Assembly: GCA_964454455.1 (NCBI GenBank)
Contig: CAYVVQ010000004.1
Span: forward strand, 1 to 54,003
Direction of reading: 5' to 3'
From: an uncultured Desulfobacterales bacterium
GTDB lineage: Bacteria; Desulfobacterota; DSM-4660; Desulfatiglandales; HGW-15
Length of the DNA stretch: 54,003 nucleotides
Positions 18,785-27,059 of the stretch are shown here, piece after piece. A model generated the notes under the pieces. The model searched no databases. It was not told the origin of the DNA and saw nothing but the letters and a program-made list of their open reading frames with translations. How positions within the stretch are numbered: position 1 is the first letter of the stretch; the number at the start of each line of letters is the position of its first letter. Both the position numbers and the translations under genes were made by a program.

Positions 18785-20530
18785 ATGCTGCCCGATCCGA
18801 AAAGCCTGCCCTCATCCAGGACGATCCTCTCCGATCAATGGCTCGGCCTCCTGGATCTCCTCAAGATCGGGGCGTTCATCATCGACCGGTGTCGGAGGAT
18901 CCGGGCCTGCAACCAGTGTGCCCAGGCCCTCTTCGGGCTGGACGAGGAGAAGATCGTGGGCCGGGACTGCCGACAGGTGTTCCGGGGCGCCCCCTGCGCC
19001 ACCTGCTGCCCCTACCGCGAGGAGAGCACCGAGCCGCAGGAGCTGGAGGTGGAGCTCCTGGACGCGGAGGACCACGCCCATCTCGTCACCCGGCTCACGG
19101 CGCCCATCTACGACGAGACCGAGGATCTCGTGGGGCACCTCATCCTCATCCAGGACCGGCCCTCCCTGGCCGATCTCCTCAAGCAGGTCCGCTACGGGGA
19201 GCGGAGCCTCAAGATCATCCTGGACCACCTGGAGCTCGCCATTTTCACCGTGAACCGGGGAGGGCACGTCACCTTCTTCAACGACGCCTCCGAGTCCATC
19301 ACCGGCTACAGCCGCGAGCAGGTCCTGGGAAAGGCCGGCAGCATGGTCCTGGGCGCCGGCGAGAACGGGGCCTGGCGGAAGATCGAGTCCTGCCTCGCGG
19401 CGGGGCGCTCCGGGAGCACCGGTCCCACCAAAATGGTCACGGCCCAGGGGGACATCGTGGATGTCAAGGCGGACTTCATGCCCCTCACGAACGACAGGGA
19501 GGAGCTCGTGGGCGGCCTGGTGACCCTTCACGACCTGACCCTGGCCCGCCGCCTCGACGAGGTTCAGTCGGAACAGGTCTCCTTCCGCTCCATGGTCGGC
19601 CGCGACCCGGCCATGCAGAAGATCTTCGAGATGATCGAGCAGGTGGCCCCGAGCGACGCCACCGTGCTCATCGAGGGGGCCACCGGGACGGGCAAGGACC
19701 ACTTGGCCAAGGTGATTCACTCCGCCAGCAACCGCCGGGACGGATCCTTCGTGAAGGTGAACTGCGCGGCCCTGCCGCACGACCTGCTGGAGTCCGAGAT
19801 GTTCGGCTACGCCAAGGGCGCCTTCACGGGAGCGGTGGGGGACAAGCCGGGACGATTTCAGGAGGCGGACGGCGGCACCATCCTCCTGGACGAGATCGGG
19901 GACCTGTCGCTGTCCCTCCAGGCCAAGCTGCTGAGGGTCCTGGAGGACCGGGAGTTCTATCCCCTGGGGGGGCGGCACACCGTGAAGGTGGACGTCCGGA
20001 TCATCGCGGCCACGAACCGGAACCTGGAGGAGCTCCTGGATCAGCGTCAGTTCCGGGAGGATCTGTTCTACCGGTTGAACGTCTGCCGCGTGGAGCTCCC
20101 CCCGCTCAAGGATCGTCGCGGGGATCTGCCGCCCATGGTCCGGCACGTGCTTCGACGCCTCGCGGCCGCGAGGCAGGGGCGTCCCCCGGAGATCTCGGCG
20201 GAGGCCATGGAGGTGCTCCTCCGCTACCACTACCCCGGAAACGTGCGCGAGCTGGAGAACATCCTGGAGTACGCGCTGCTCACCTGCCGGGGCGGGGAGA
20301 TTCGACCGGAGCACATCCAGAGCTACGTGCACAGCCGAACGGACTGGATCGAGCAGTGCCCGCCGCCCCGGTCGGCCCCCGAGGAGAGGGGCTCTGATCA
20401 CGGAGAACGTGCGCGCATCCTGAAGGCGCTGGAGCGAAACCAGTGGCGGAAGAAGGAGACCGCGCAGGCCCTGGGGATCGAGCGGACCACGCTGTGGCGA
20501 AAGATGAAGAAGTACGGGCTGAGCTCCTGA
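18785..20530 (+). CDS. Sigma-54-dependent transcriptional activator (PAS-PAS-AAA+-Fis HTH), no receiver domain
   Basis: ATG at 18785. Walker A GATGTGKD, GAFTGA loop (GYAKGAFTGA), ESELFGH-like segment, C-terminal HTH (ETAQALGIERTTLWRKMKKYGL). Confidence 0.9.
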   Translation: MLPDPKSLPSSRTILSDQWLGLLDLLKIGAFIIDRCRRIRACNQCAQALFGLDEEKIVGRDCRQVFRGAPCATCCPYREESTEPQELEVELLDAEDHAHLVTRLTAPIYDETEDLVGHLILIQDRPSLADLLKQVRYGERSLKIILDHLELAIFTVNRGGHVTFFNDASESITGYSREQVLGKAGSMVLGAGENGAWRKIESCLAAGRSGSTGPTKMVTAQGDIVDVKADFMPLTNDREELVGGLVTLHDLTLARRLDEVQSEQVSFRSMVGRDPAMQKIFEMIEQVAPSDATVLIEGATGTGKDHLAKVIHSASNRRDGSFVKVNCAALPHDLLESEMFGYAKGAFTGAVGDKPGRFQEADGGTILLDEIGDLSLSLQAKLLRVLEDREFYPLGGRHTVKVDVRIIAATNRNLEELLDQRQFREDLFYRLNVCRVELPPLKDRRGDLPPMVRHVLRRLAAARQGRPPEISAEAMEVLLRYHYPGNVRELENILEYALLTCRGGEIRPEHIQSYVHSRTDWIEQCPPPRSAPEERGSDHGERARILKALERNQWRKKETAQALGIERTTLWRKMKKYGLSS

Positions 20531-20539
20531 GCGGCCGAC

Positions 20540-21112
20540 TCAGAAGCAGCTCGGCGCGAACCGGCGTCGCCTGGCCTCCCGGGCGTCCGAGATGACGGGA
20601 TCGTATTTTCGCTTTCTCCGGATGCGCTCCGCGAGAATCCGTTCGCCGGCCCAGACGAGCCTCACCTCGTGGTGCGGGGTCGCGAGCGGCGGTTGATGGA
20701 TGGGGAGGCGGTGGGCGAAGAACCGGAGCATCCTGGATCGAGACCACCTCGCCGGGCAGTAGGCGAGGGGATCGCACTCGAACCGTCCCCGTTCCAGGAA
20801 TTCCTCCACGACCACGTGCCGCGGGGGGGAGGCCAGCGCCTTTCCGAGCCGGTGCTCGATGATGCGGGCCGTCACGGGGTCGACGGCCTCGAGGGCCACG
20901 TGGGTGGGGAAGAGGCGCCCGGAAGGGGATTCTCCGAAGTTGCGCCGCACGGCGACCAGGTCCTTGAGGATCCGCCGGGCATCCCAGAAATCCAGGTCCG
21001 TGTAGATGTGGTACCCGAAGCCCCCTCGTCTCGGGTGGCCGTAGACGATGCGTGCCACGATGATCCCTCCCGTTCCGCCGTCGGGTCCGCCGCCGTTGAT
21101 GCGTCCGGTCAT
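20540..21112 (-). CDS. Hypothetical protein (190 aa)
   Basis: The ATG at 21112 overlaps the stop of the CNNM gene (ATGA). Protein-like sequence (IVARIVYGHPRRGGFGYHIYTDLDFWDARRILKDL...). No family recognised. Confidence 0.5.
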   Translation of the reverse strand: MTGRINGGGPDGGTGGIIVARIVYGHPRRGGFGYHIYTDLDFWDARRILKDLVAVRRNFGESPSGRLFPTHVALEAVDPVTARIIEHRLGKALASPPRHVVVEEFLERGRFECDPLAYCPARWSRSRMLRFFAHRLPIHQPPLATPHHEVRLVWAGERILAERIRRKRKYDPVISDAREARRRRFAPSCF

Positions 21113-22149
21113 GAAGGGTTCGGACCCGGTGCGGCCTGCCTGCGGCGCTTCCGGGCCAGTTCGCGCTTGTTCGCCACCTGATCGGACTCGTCGACGATCT
21201 CCCGCCCGATGAGCTCCTCCAGGATATCCTCCAGCGTGACGACCCCGGCAAGCCCCCCGTACTCGTCCAGCACGACGAACAGGTGCTCTCTCCGGTCCAG
21301 GAACTCCCTGAGCATTCGGTCCAGCCCGGAGGTTTCGGCGACGAAGTGTACGGGCTGCATCAACTCCGAAAGGCGGGTCTCCTGCCGTCCCCGGGAAAGG
21401 GCCACGAACATCTCTTTGACCAGCACCAGACCCACGACGTCCTCGGGGTTGTCGTCGTACACGGGATACCGGCTGTGCTCCCATTTGTCGTATACCCGGG
21501 TGACCTCACCCAGGCTCGAATGCTCGCTGAAGGAAACCACCACGGTCCGCGGGGTCATCACGTCCTTCACGCGCTTCTTCTTGAGGCTCAGGATGGCCTC
21601 GATGGCCTGCCTCTGATCGTTCCCGATCTCCCCCTCGTGAAAGCAGAGCCGGGCCAGGTGACCCAGCTCCGCCGAGGTGATGGGGCTTTCCCTCCTCCCG
21701 GAGGCGATGAGCCGGGTGATGGCGGCGCTCATCCACACCAGCGGGGCCATCACCCAAACCAGCGCCCGAAGCGGAAAGGCGACGAAGGAGATCATGGGGC
21801 CGGCATGGACGACGCCCACCGTCTTGGGAACGATTTCCGACAGCACGAGAATGGCTGCGGTGAAGACGGCGGAGAAGTGGGGAAGCCAGTGGTGCCCGAA
21901 AACCCCGGCCGCTGCAGAGCCTGCAAAGGCCGCACCGACCGTGTGGGCGATGGTGTTGAGGGTCAAAATCGCGGCGATGGGCCGATCCACGTCGGTTCGA
22001 AGCTTCTTGAAGATCCGTCCGGCGGGGTGGCCCTCGCTGGCCATGGCCTCGATCTGCCCCGGGGTTGCGGAGTAGAGCACGGCTTCGAACAGGGAGCAGA
22101 CGGCTGAGATGCCGACCGCGAAGGCGACCGCAAGCAGCAGCTCACTCAT
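21109..22149 (-). CDS. CNNM/DUF21 transmembrane domain + CBS-pair protein (hemolysin-C/CorC-like transporter)
   Basis: ATG at 22149 with AGGAGGT upstream. N-terminal 4-TM DUF21 ([13 protein letters not shown]...SEIVPKT), then a CBS pair (VKDVMTPR...[26 protein letters not shown]-like). Confidence 0.85.
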   Translation of the reverse strand: [346 protein letters not shown]

Positions 22150-22262
22150 GGTCCGGGCGTACCTCCTGCATGTGGATTCACGCCCTCGAAACGCCCCGGG
22201 CCTGCGGGGGAGGGCGGGCAAAGAATACCAGATCGGGACCCAAACTCAAAGGGGGTTCAGGT

Positions 22263-22294
22263 GTTGCAATTTGTTGCATCTAATGTTGCGCAAC
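22263..22294. promoter_or_regulatory. GTTGC-repeat cluster; candidate enhancer (UAS) or divergent-promoter element
   Basis: GTTGCA at 22263-22268, GTTGCA at 22273-22278, and the perfect palindrome GTTGCGCAAC at 22285-22294, in an AT-rich divergent intergenic region. Confidence 0.3.
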
Positions 22295-22460
22295 CTTGAA
22301 ACGGGAAAACATGTCAGTAAATACATATAGTTCATTTTGAAAATCAACGAAATGTTGAACCTGTCTGCAACGTCCACCCCATGGACGGATCGGAGGGTGG
22401 GAAAAGCCGGTCAGGGTCAACCCCTTGATTTTCAGCCCAGATTCTCTGTCCCGGGATCCA

Positions 22461-22476
22461 TGGCACGCTTTCTGCT
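22461..22476 (+). promoter_or_regulatory. Sigma-54 (-24/-12) promoter of the hdr-type locus
   Basis: TGGCACG-CTTT-CTGCT versus consensus TGGCACG-N4-TTGCW, with correct GG-N10-GC spacing. It lies ~200 bp upstream of the first gene; a repeat element occupies the leader. Confidence 0.7.
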
Positions 22477-22507
22477 GTTCATGAACCAGGATGAACGGCC
22501 TGAAGCA

Positions 22508-22611
22508 TGATGGAGTCGCAAGAAGCCCCCTATCTTGAGATCTGCCCTGGAGATATCCATAGGTTATGGCGTTTCCAGCGGCGGGTGAGCGGTTTTTTGC
22601 GAACCCGTCAA
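22508..22611 (+). repeat. MITE-like element, copy B (in the 5' leader of the hdr locus)
   Basis: TGATGGAGTCGCAAGAAGCC...TTGAGATCTGCCC...GGTTATGGCGTTTCCAGCGGCGGGTGAGCGGTTTTTTGCGAACCCGTCAA. Confidence 0.85.
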
Positions 22612-22672
22612 ACGCGCGTTTCGGTGGGCAACCCCGGGAGGGGGCCCATGGCCGAACCGGAGAACGAGGACC

Positions 22673-23110
22673 ATGCGCCCTTCCGCCCCTGGAAAGAAGG
22701 TCCTGGTGGTCGACGACGAGCCGGATGAGAGGATTTTCCTCTGCAGGCTCCTGGAGCTGGGCGGCTATGAGTCGATGCTGGCCTCCGACGCCACCGAAGG
22801 GCTCGACATGGCGGTGCGGGAGCGGCCGGACTTGATTTTGCTGGCCGTCATGTTCGACCACCACGGCAATCTCCTGTTGTTCGACGATCTCAAGCTGGAT
22901 ACCACCCTCAAGCAGATCCCCGTGGTCCTTCTCTCCTCCATCGACAAGAAGACCCTGTTTCAGCTCAGGGCCCTCCCCGGTGCACCCAGAGGGGGCTTTC
23001 TCCTGAGACCCGAGGGCTTCCTGGGCAAGCCACCGGAAGCGGACGAGCTCCTGGGTCTTCTGAATACGCTGACCCAATCCAGGCCCCCGGATTTCCCGGC
23101 CGGCCCTTGA
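22673..23110 (+). CDS. Receiver-like (CheY-fold) protein lacking the phospho-acceptor Asp
   Basis: KKVLVVDDEPDE...DLILLAVMF...VVLLSS...FLGKP. The DD pair, Ser/Thr and Lys-Pro are kept, but the acceptor position is Ala (codon 22844-22846). Confidence 0.75.
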   Translation: MRPSAPGKKVLVVDDEPDERIFLCRLLELGGYESMLASDATEGLDMAVRERPDLILLAVMFDHHGNLLLFDDLKLDTTLKQIPVVLLSSIDKKTLFQLRALPGAPRGGFLLRPEGFLGKPPEADELLGLLNTLTQSRPPDFPAGP

Positions 23111-23120
23111 GGCGGAAGCC

Positions 23121-26100
23121 ATGGAGACGAGAATCGGGTTTTACATCTGCCACTGCGGCATCAACATCGCCGGCAAGGTGGACGTGGAGGCCGTGGCGGC
23201 CTACATTCGAACCCTTCCCGGCGTGACGGTCTCCCGGGACTACAAGTTCATGTGCTCGGACCCCGGCCAGGAGATGATCGTCGACGACATCCGAGAGCAC
23301 GGACTGAACCGGGTGGTGGTGGCTTCCTGCTCTCCCCGGCTTCACGGCAAGACCTTCATGGGCGCCTGCCAGCGCGCCGGCCTCAATCCGTACTACTTCC
23401 AGATGGCCTCGGTCCGGGAGCAGGTCTCCTGGGTGACCGAGGATCCGGAGCGCGCCACGGACAAGGCCAAGAGCCTGGCCCGGGCGGCGGTGAACCGGGT
23501 CCGGCTCCACGAAAGCCTCTTCGCGCGTCACGCCCGGGTCCACCCCGACGTGATGGTCGTGGGGGGCGGCATCGCGGGGATCCAGGCCGCCCTGGACATC
23601 GGGTCGGCGGGAAGAAAGGTGTACCTCGTGGAGCGGGATCCGACCATCGGCGGGCACATGCTCCAGTTCGACAAGACTTTTCCCACGCTCGACTGCGCCG
23701 CCTGCATCGGCACCCCCAAGATGGTGGAGGTCGCGCAGAACCCCCACGTGGAGCTCCTCTCCTACAGCGAGGTCAAGGAGGTCAACGGCTACATCGGCAA
23801 CTACACGGTCACGGTCCGGAAAAAGCCCCGCTACGTCGTCGAAGGGGTGTGCACGGGTTGCGGCGAGTGCGCCAAGGTCTGTCCGGTGACCGTCCCCAGC
23901 GAGTGGGACGAGGGGCTCGCGGAGCGGGCGGCCGTGTACCGTTCGTTCCCCCAGGCCGTCCCCATCACCTACGTCATCGACAAGCGGGATCGCGCGCCCT
24001 GCAACACGGCCTGTCCGGCCGGCATCAACGTGCAGGGCTACGTGCAGCTGGTCAGGCAGGGGAAGCACGACGAGGCCGTGCGCCTGATCCGGGAACGCCT
24101 GCCGCTTCCGGGCGTCCTGGGAAGGGTCTGCCCGGCCTTCTGCGAGGATCGGTGCCGGCGGGCGGAGCTGGACGCATCCGTGGCCATCCGACAGCTCAAA
24201 CGCGTCGCCGCGGATCTGGCCGGCCCCGCGGCTTGGGGAGCGCCGCCGATCGAGGAACGGGAGGAGCGGGTGGCCGTCATCGGATCCGGGCCGGCCGGGC
24301 TCAGCGCGGCCTATTTCCTCCGATTGGACGGCTTCCAGGTGACCCTGTTCGAGGCCCTGGAGAAGCTGGGCGGCATGCTCCGTGCGGGCATTCCGGACTT
24401 TCGCCTGCCGCCGGAGATCCTGGACCGGGAGATCGGGCAGATCCTGGCGCTGGGGGTGGAGGTGCGAACCGGTGCGGTCTTGGGCAGGGACTTCCGGCTG
24501 GACTCCCTGAAGGAGCAGGGGTTCGGAGCCGTCTTCCTGGGGATCGGAGCCCACAAGGACCTGTCCCTCGGCGTGGAGGGGGAGGAGAGCGACGGCGTGC
24601 TCCGGGCCGTGGAGTTCCTGCGGCGGGCCAACCTCGGGGAGAGGGTGGACGTGGGCCGGCGGGTGGCCGTGGTGGGGGGCGGCAACGTGGCCGTGGACGC
24701 GGCGCGTGTCGCTCGGCGGCTGGGCGCGGAGGAGGTCTCCATCGTGTACCGCCGGTCCGAGGCGGAGATGCCCGCCTATCCCGAGGAGATCCAGGGGGCC
24801 GGGGAGGAGGGAATCCGGATCGCCTACCTGAAGGCCCCGGTGCGGGTGGTGCTGGAGAGCGGCCGCGCCTCGGGGCTGGAGTGCATCGACACCCGGCTCG
24901 GACCGCCCGACAAGGGTGGTCGGAGCCGGCCCGAGCCGGTGGAAGGATCCGAGCACGTGCTCCCCGTGGACACGGTCATCACGGCCATCGGACAGCGGGT
25001 GGACGATACCTGGTCCCGTGAGGCGGGGCTTTCGTGGAGCCGGCAGGGGACCGTCGAGGCGCATCCCCGCACCTTGCAGACTTCCCTCCCCCACGTGTTC
25101 GCGGCCGGGGACGCGGTGAGCGGACCGGCCAGCGTGGTGGAGGCCGTGGGGGCGGGCCGGAGGGCCGCCCGGGGCATCCGCCGCTTTCTCGACGGAGAGG
25201 ACCTGGCGCACGAGCCCGTGGAGGCCGAGAAGACCGCCTGGGGCAAGGACTGGAACCCGGTCCCCGATGACCTGGAACGGCTGGGGCGGGCCGAAGCGTC
25301 CCATCGCGACGCGCAGGATCGGGTTCGGGGCTTCGCGGAGGTGGAGGACGCCCTCGACGGAGAGCAGGCGCAGGCCGAGGCGGCGCGCTGCCTCAACTGT
25401 GGGGTCTGCTCCGAGTGCATGGAGTGCGTAAAGGTGTGCGAGGCGCACGCCATCGATCACGGCATGCAGGCCGAGGAGGTCGAGCTTCAGGTGGGCAGCA
25501 TCATCCTGGCGACGGGCTACGATCTCCTGGACCCCACGCCCATGAAACCCTTCGGGTACGGGAAGTATCCCAACGTCTTCACCAGTCTCGAGTTCGAGCG
25601 CATGAACAACGCCACCGGACCCACCGGCGGGCGGATCCTCATGCGGGACGAGGACGGCGGGTTTTCGAGCCCGCCGGAAAGCGTGGCCATCGTCCACTGC
25701 GTGGGAAGCCGGGACGACCGCTATCACAGCTACTGCTCGCGCGTCTGCTGCATGTACGCCCTCAAGTACGGGCACCTGGTGCACGACAAGGTGGGGCCCG
25801 GGACCGCGATCTATGACTTCTACATCGACATGCGCTGCTTCGGAAAGGGGTACGAGGAGTTCTATCGCCGGTGCCAGGAGGAGGGCATCCAGTTCATCCG
25901 GGGCAAGCCCGCCGAGATCCTGGAGGAGGGCGGGAAGCTGGTCCTGGTCGGGGAGGATACCCTGATCGGACGCCGCTACCGCGTGCCCGTGGACATGGTG
26001 GTGCTCTGCGCCGCGATGCAGGCGAGATCCGATGCGGGTGAGATGGGCCGGATCTTCGGGATCAGCCAGGGACAGGACGGGTTCTACCTGGAGGAGCATC

Positions 26101-26504
26101 CCAAGCTGGCGCCTCTTTCCACGGCCTCGGACGGGATCTTCCTGGCCGGGACCTGCCAGGCGCCCCGGGACGTGCCGGACACCGTGGCCCAGGCCTCGGG
26201 TGCGGCCGCCAAGTCCCTGGCCCTGGCCTCCCTGGGGGAGGTCGAGATCGAGCCCACCACGAGCTGGATCGATCCGGATATCTGCGCCGGATGCCAGGTC
26301 TGCATCGATCTCTGCCCTTACGGGGCCATCGAGTTCGACCCCCAGCGGCATGTCTCCGTGGTCAACGAGGCCCTGTGCAAGGGCTGCGGGAGCTGCGCGG
26401 GGTTCTGCCCGAGCGGAGCGGCCCGATGCGCCTCCTTCAAGAGCCGGCAGCTGTTCGCGGAGCTGGACGGCATCTTCGACGCCATTCATCAGGTGGGGAG
26501 GTAA
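23121..26504 (+). CDS. hdrA: HdrA-like FAD/Fe-S flavoprotein with a nested NfnB/GltD-like NAD(P)H-binding module (1127 aa)
   Basis: HdrA N-domain (IGFYICHCGINIAG...VVVASCSPR), FAD motif (VMVVGGGIAGIQAALD), CVGSRD...YCSRVCC, and a C-terminal 2x[4Fe-4S] ferredoxin. Between the two Cys motifs of the inserted ferredoxin domain sits a GltD/NfnB-type unit (CNTACPAGINVQGY, VAVIGSGPAGLSAAYFL, VAVVGGGNVAVDAAR, FAAGDAV). Confidence 0.85.
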   Translation: METRIGFYICHCGINIAGKVDVEAVAAYIRTLPGVTVSRDYKFMCSDPGQEMIVDDIREHGLNRVVVASCSPRLHGKTFMGACQRAGLNPYYFQMASVREQVSWVTEDPERATDKAKSLARAAVNRVRLHESLFARHARVHPDVMVVGGGIAGIQAALDIGSAGRKVYLVERDPTIGGHMLQFDKTFPTLDCAACIGTPKMVEVAQNPHVELLSYSEVKEVNGYIGNYTVTVRKKPRYVVEGVCTGCGECAKVCPVTVPSEWDEGLAERAAVYRSFPQAVPITYVIDKRDRAPCNTACPAGINVQGYVQLVRQGKHDEAVRLIRERLPLPGVLGRVCPAFCEDRCRRAELDASVAIRQLKRVAADLAGPAAWGAPPIEEREERVAVIGSGPAGLSAAYFLRLDGFQVTLFEALEKLGGMLRAGIPDFRLPPEILDREIGQILALGVEVRTGAVLGRDFRLDSLKEQGFGAVFLGIGAHKDLSLGVEGEESDGVLRAVEFLRRANLGERVDVGRRVAVVGGGNVAVDAARVARRLGAEEVSIVYRRSEAEMPAYPEEIQGAGEEGIRIAYLKAPVRVVLESGRASGLECIDTRLGPPDKGGRSRPEPVEGSEHVLPVDTVITAIGQRVDDTWSREAGLSWSRQGTVEAHPRTLQTSLPHVFAAGDAVSGPASVVEAVGAGRRAARGIRRFLDGEDLAHEPVEAEKTAWGKDWNPVPDDLERLGRAEASHRDAQDRVRGFAEVEDALDGEQAQAEAARCLNCGVCSECMECVKVCEAHAIDHGMQAEEVELQVGSIILATGYDLLDPTPMKPFGYGKYPNVFTSLEFERMNNATGPTGGRILMRDEDGGFSSPPESVAIVHCVGSRDDRYHSYCSRVCCMYALKYGHLVHDKVGPGTAIYDFYIDMRCFGKGYEEFYRRCQEEGIQFIRGKPAEILEEGGKLVLVGEDTLIGRRYRVPVDMVVLCAAMQARSDAGEMGRIFGISQGQDGFYLEEHPKLAPLSTASDGIFLAGTCQAPRDVPDTVAQASGAAAKSLALASLGEVEIEPTTSWIDPDICAGCQVCIDLCPYGAIEFDPQRHVSVVNEALCKGCGSCAGFCPSGAARCASFKSRQLFAELDGIFDAIHQVGR
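23988..25220 (+). other. NfnB/GltD-like insertion within hdrA (domain coordinates, approximate)
   Basis: About aa 290-700 of the 23121..26504 ORF, bounded by CTGCGECAKVCP upstream and CLNCGVCSECMECVKVCE downstream. Confidence 0.65.
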
Positions 26505-26596
26505 TGCAGCCCTTAACCTTGAGATCTGCCCAGGGAATATCAATAGGTTATGGCGTTTCCAGCGGCGGGTGAGCAGGTTTTTGCGAATCCGTCAAA
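26505..26596 (+). repeat. MITE-like element, copy C (left end truncated), in the hdrA-mvhD spacer
   Basis: It starts right after the TAA at 26502-26504: ...CCTTGAGATCTGCCCAGGGAATATCAATAGGTTATGGCGTTTCCAGCGGCGGGTGAGCAGGTTTTTGCGAATCCGTCAA. The left terminal repeat is missing. Confidence 0.8.
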
Positions 26597-26616
26597 CACG
26601 AGGAACGGGGAGAGCC

Positions 26617-27045
26617 ATGAGCAACGACGATTTCGAGCCCACCATCATCGCGTTCGTCTGCAACTGGTGCACGTACACGGCTGCGGACCTGGCCGGCACC
26701 TCCAGGCTGATCTACCCGATCAACGTGCGCCTGGTCCGGGTCATGTGCACGGGCATGGTGGATCCCAAGTACGTGATCAAGGCGTTCCTGGAAGGCGCGG
26801 ACGCCGTGCTCATCAGCGGGTGCCACCCGGGCGACTGCCACTACATCAACGGGAACTTCAAGGCCCGGCGGCGGGTCAAGCTGCTCAAGGAGATCCTGCC
26901 GCAGTTCGGCATCGAGCCGGAGCGTCTCAAGCTCACCTGGATCGGGGCGAGCGACGGCCTGGAGTTCGCCCACACGGTGGACGGCCTGGTCGCTTCGATC
27001 AGGGAGATCGGCCCGACCGAGGTCCGGCAAACCATGGTCCTCTAA
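26617..27045 (+). CDS. mvhD: MvhD/FlpD-like [2Fe-2S] protein
   Basis: 142 aa: IIAFVCNWCTY...RVMCTGMVDP...ISGCHPGDCHY, the hallmark of the methyl-viologen-reducing hydrogenase delta-subunit family. Only the last 142 codons of track ORF 26032..27045 are used. Confidence 0.9.
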   Translation: MSNDDFEPTIIAFVCNWCTYTAADLAGTSRLIYPINVRLVRVMCTGMVDPKYVIKAFLEGADAVLISGCHPGDCHYINGNFKARRRVKLLKEILPQFGIEPERLKLTWIGASDGLEFAHTVDGLVASIREIGPTEVRQTMVL

Positions 27046-27059
27046 ACCGAGAGGTCAGC

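Noticed and set aside
20515-20560. Imperfect hairpin (CTGAG-cggccga-CTCAG, with outer GAGCT/AGCTC) spanning the two convergent stop codons as a bidirectional terminator.
   Set aside because: The stem is short and interrupted, there are no U-tracts, and it overlaps coding sequence.
22566-22835. Recurring peptides MAFPAAGE(R/Q).FANPS / MAYPAAGERIFANP at the start of ORFs 22566, 26550 and 49063, and MSGFLRTRQ at 37296(-) and 49082.
   Set aside because: They arise from translating the dispersed ~104-bp repeat. The frames differ after the repeat and there are no RBSs. This is a repeat artefact, not a gene family.
22965-26543. 1192-aa minus-strand ORF antisense to the HdrA::NfnB gene. Similar giants occur at 13191..16061 (-), 28613..31399 (-), 4233..5831 (+), 43071..45176 (-) and 12359..14500 (+).
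   Set aside because: These are typical GC-rich shadow ORFs. The translations are Arg/Pro/Gly/Ala-rich low-complexity sequence with no motifs, whereas the opposite or alternative frame carries clear conserved domains.
26032-27045. Long track ORFs 26032..27045 (337 aa), 26550..28199 (549 aa), 28034..31657 (1207 aa) and 31518..33119 (533 aa) taken at face value.
   Set aside because: Their N-terminal parts overlap upstream genes or the repeat and are low-complexity. Conserved domains begin at internal starts (26617, 27060, 28196, 32253) that have RBSs or ATGA coupling.
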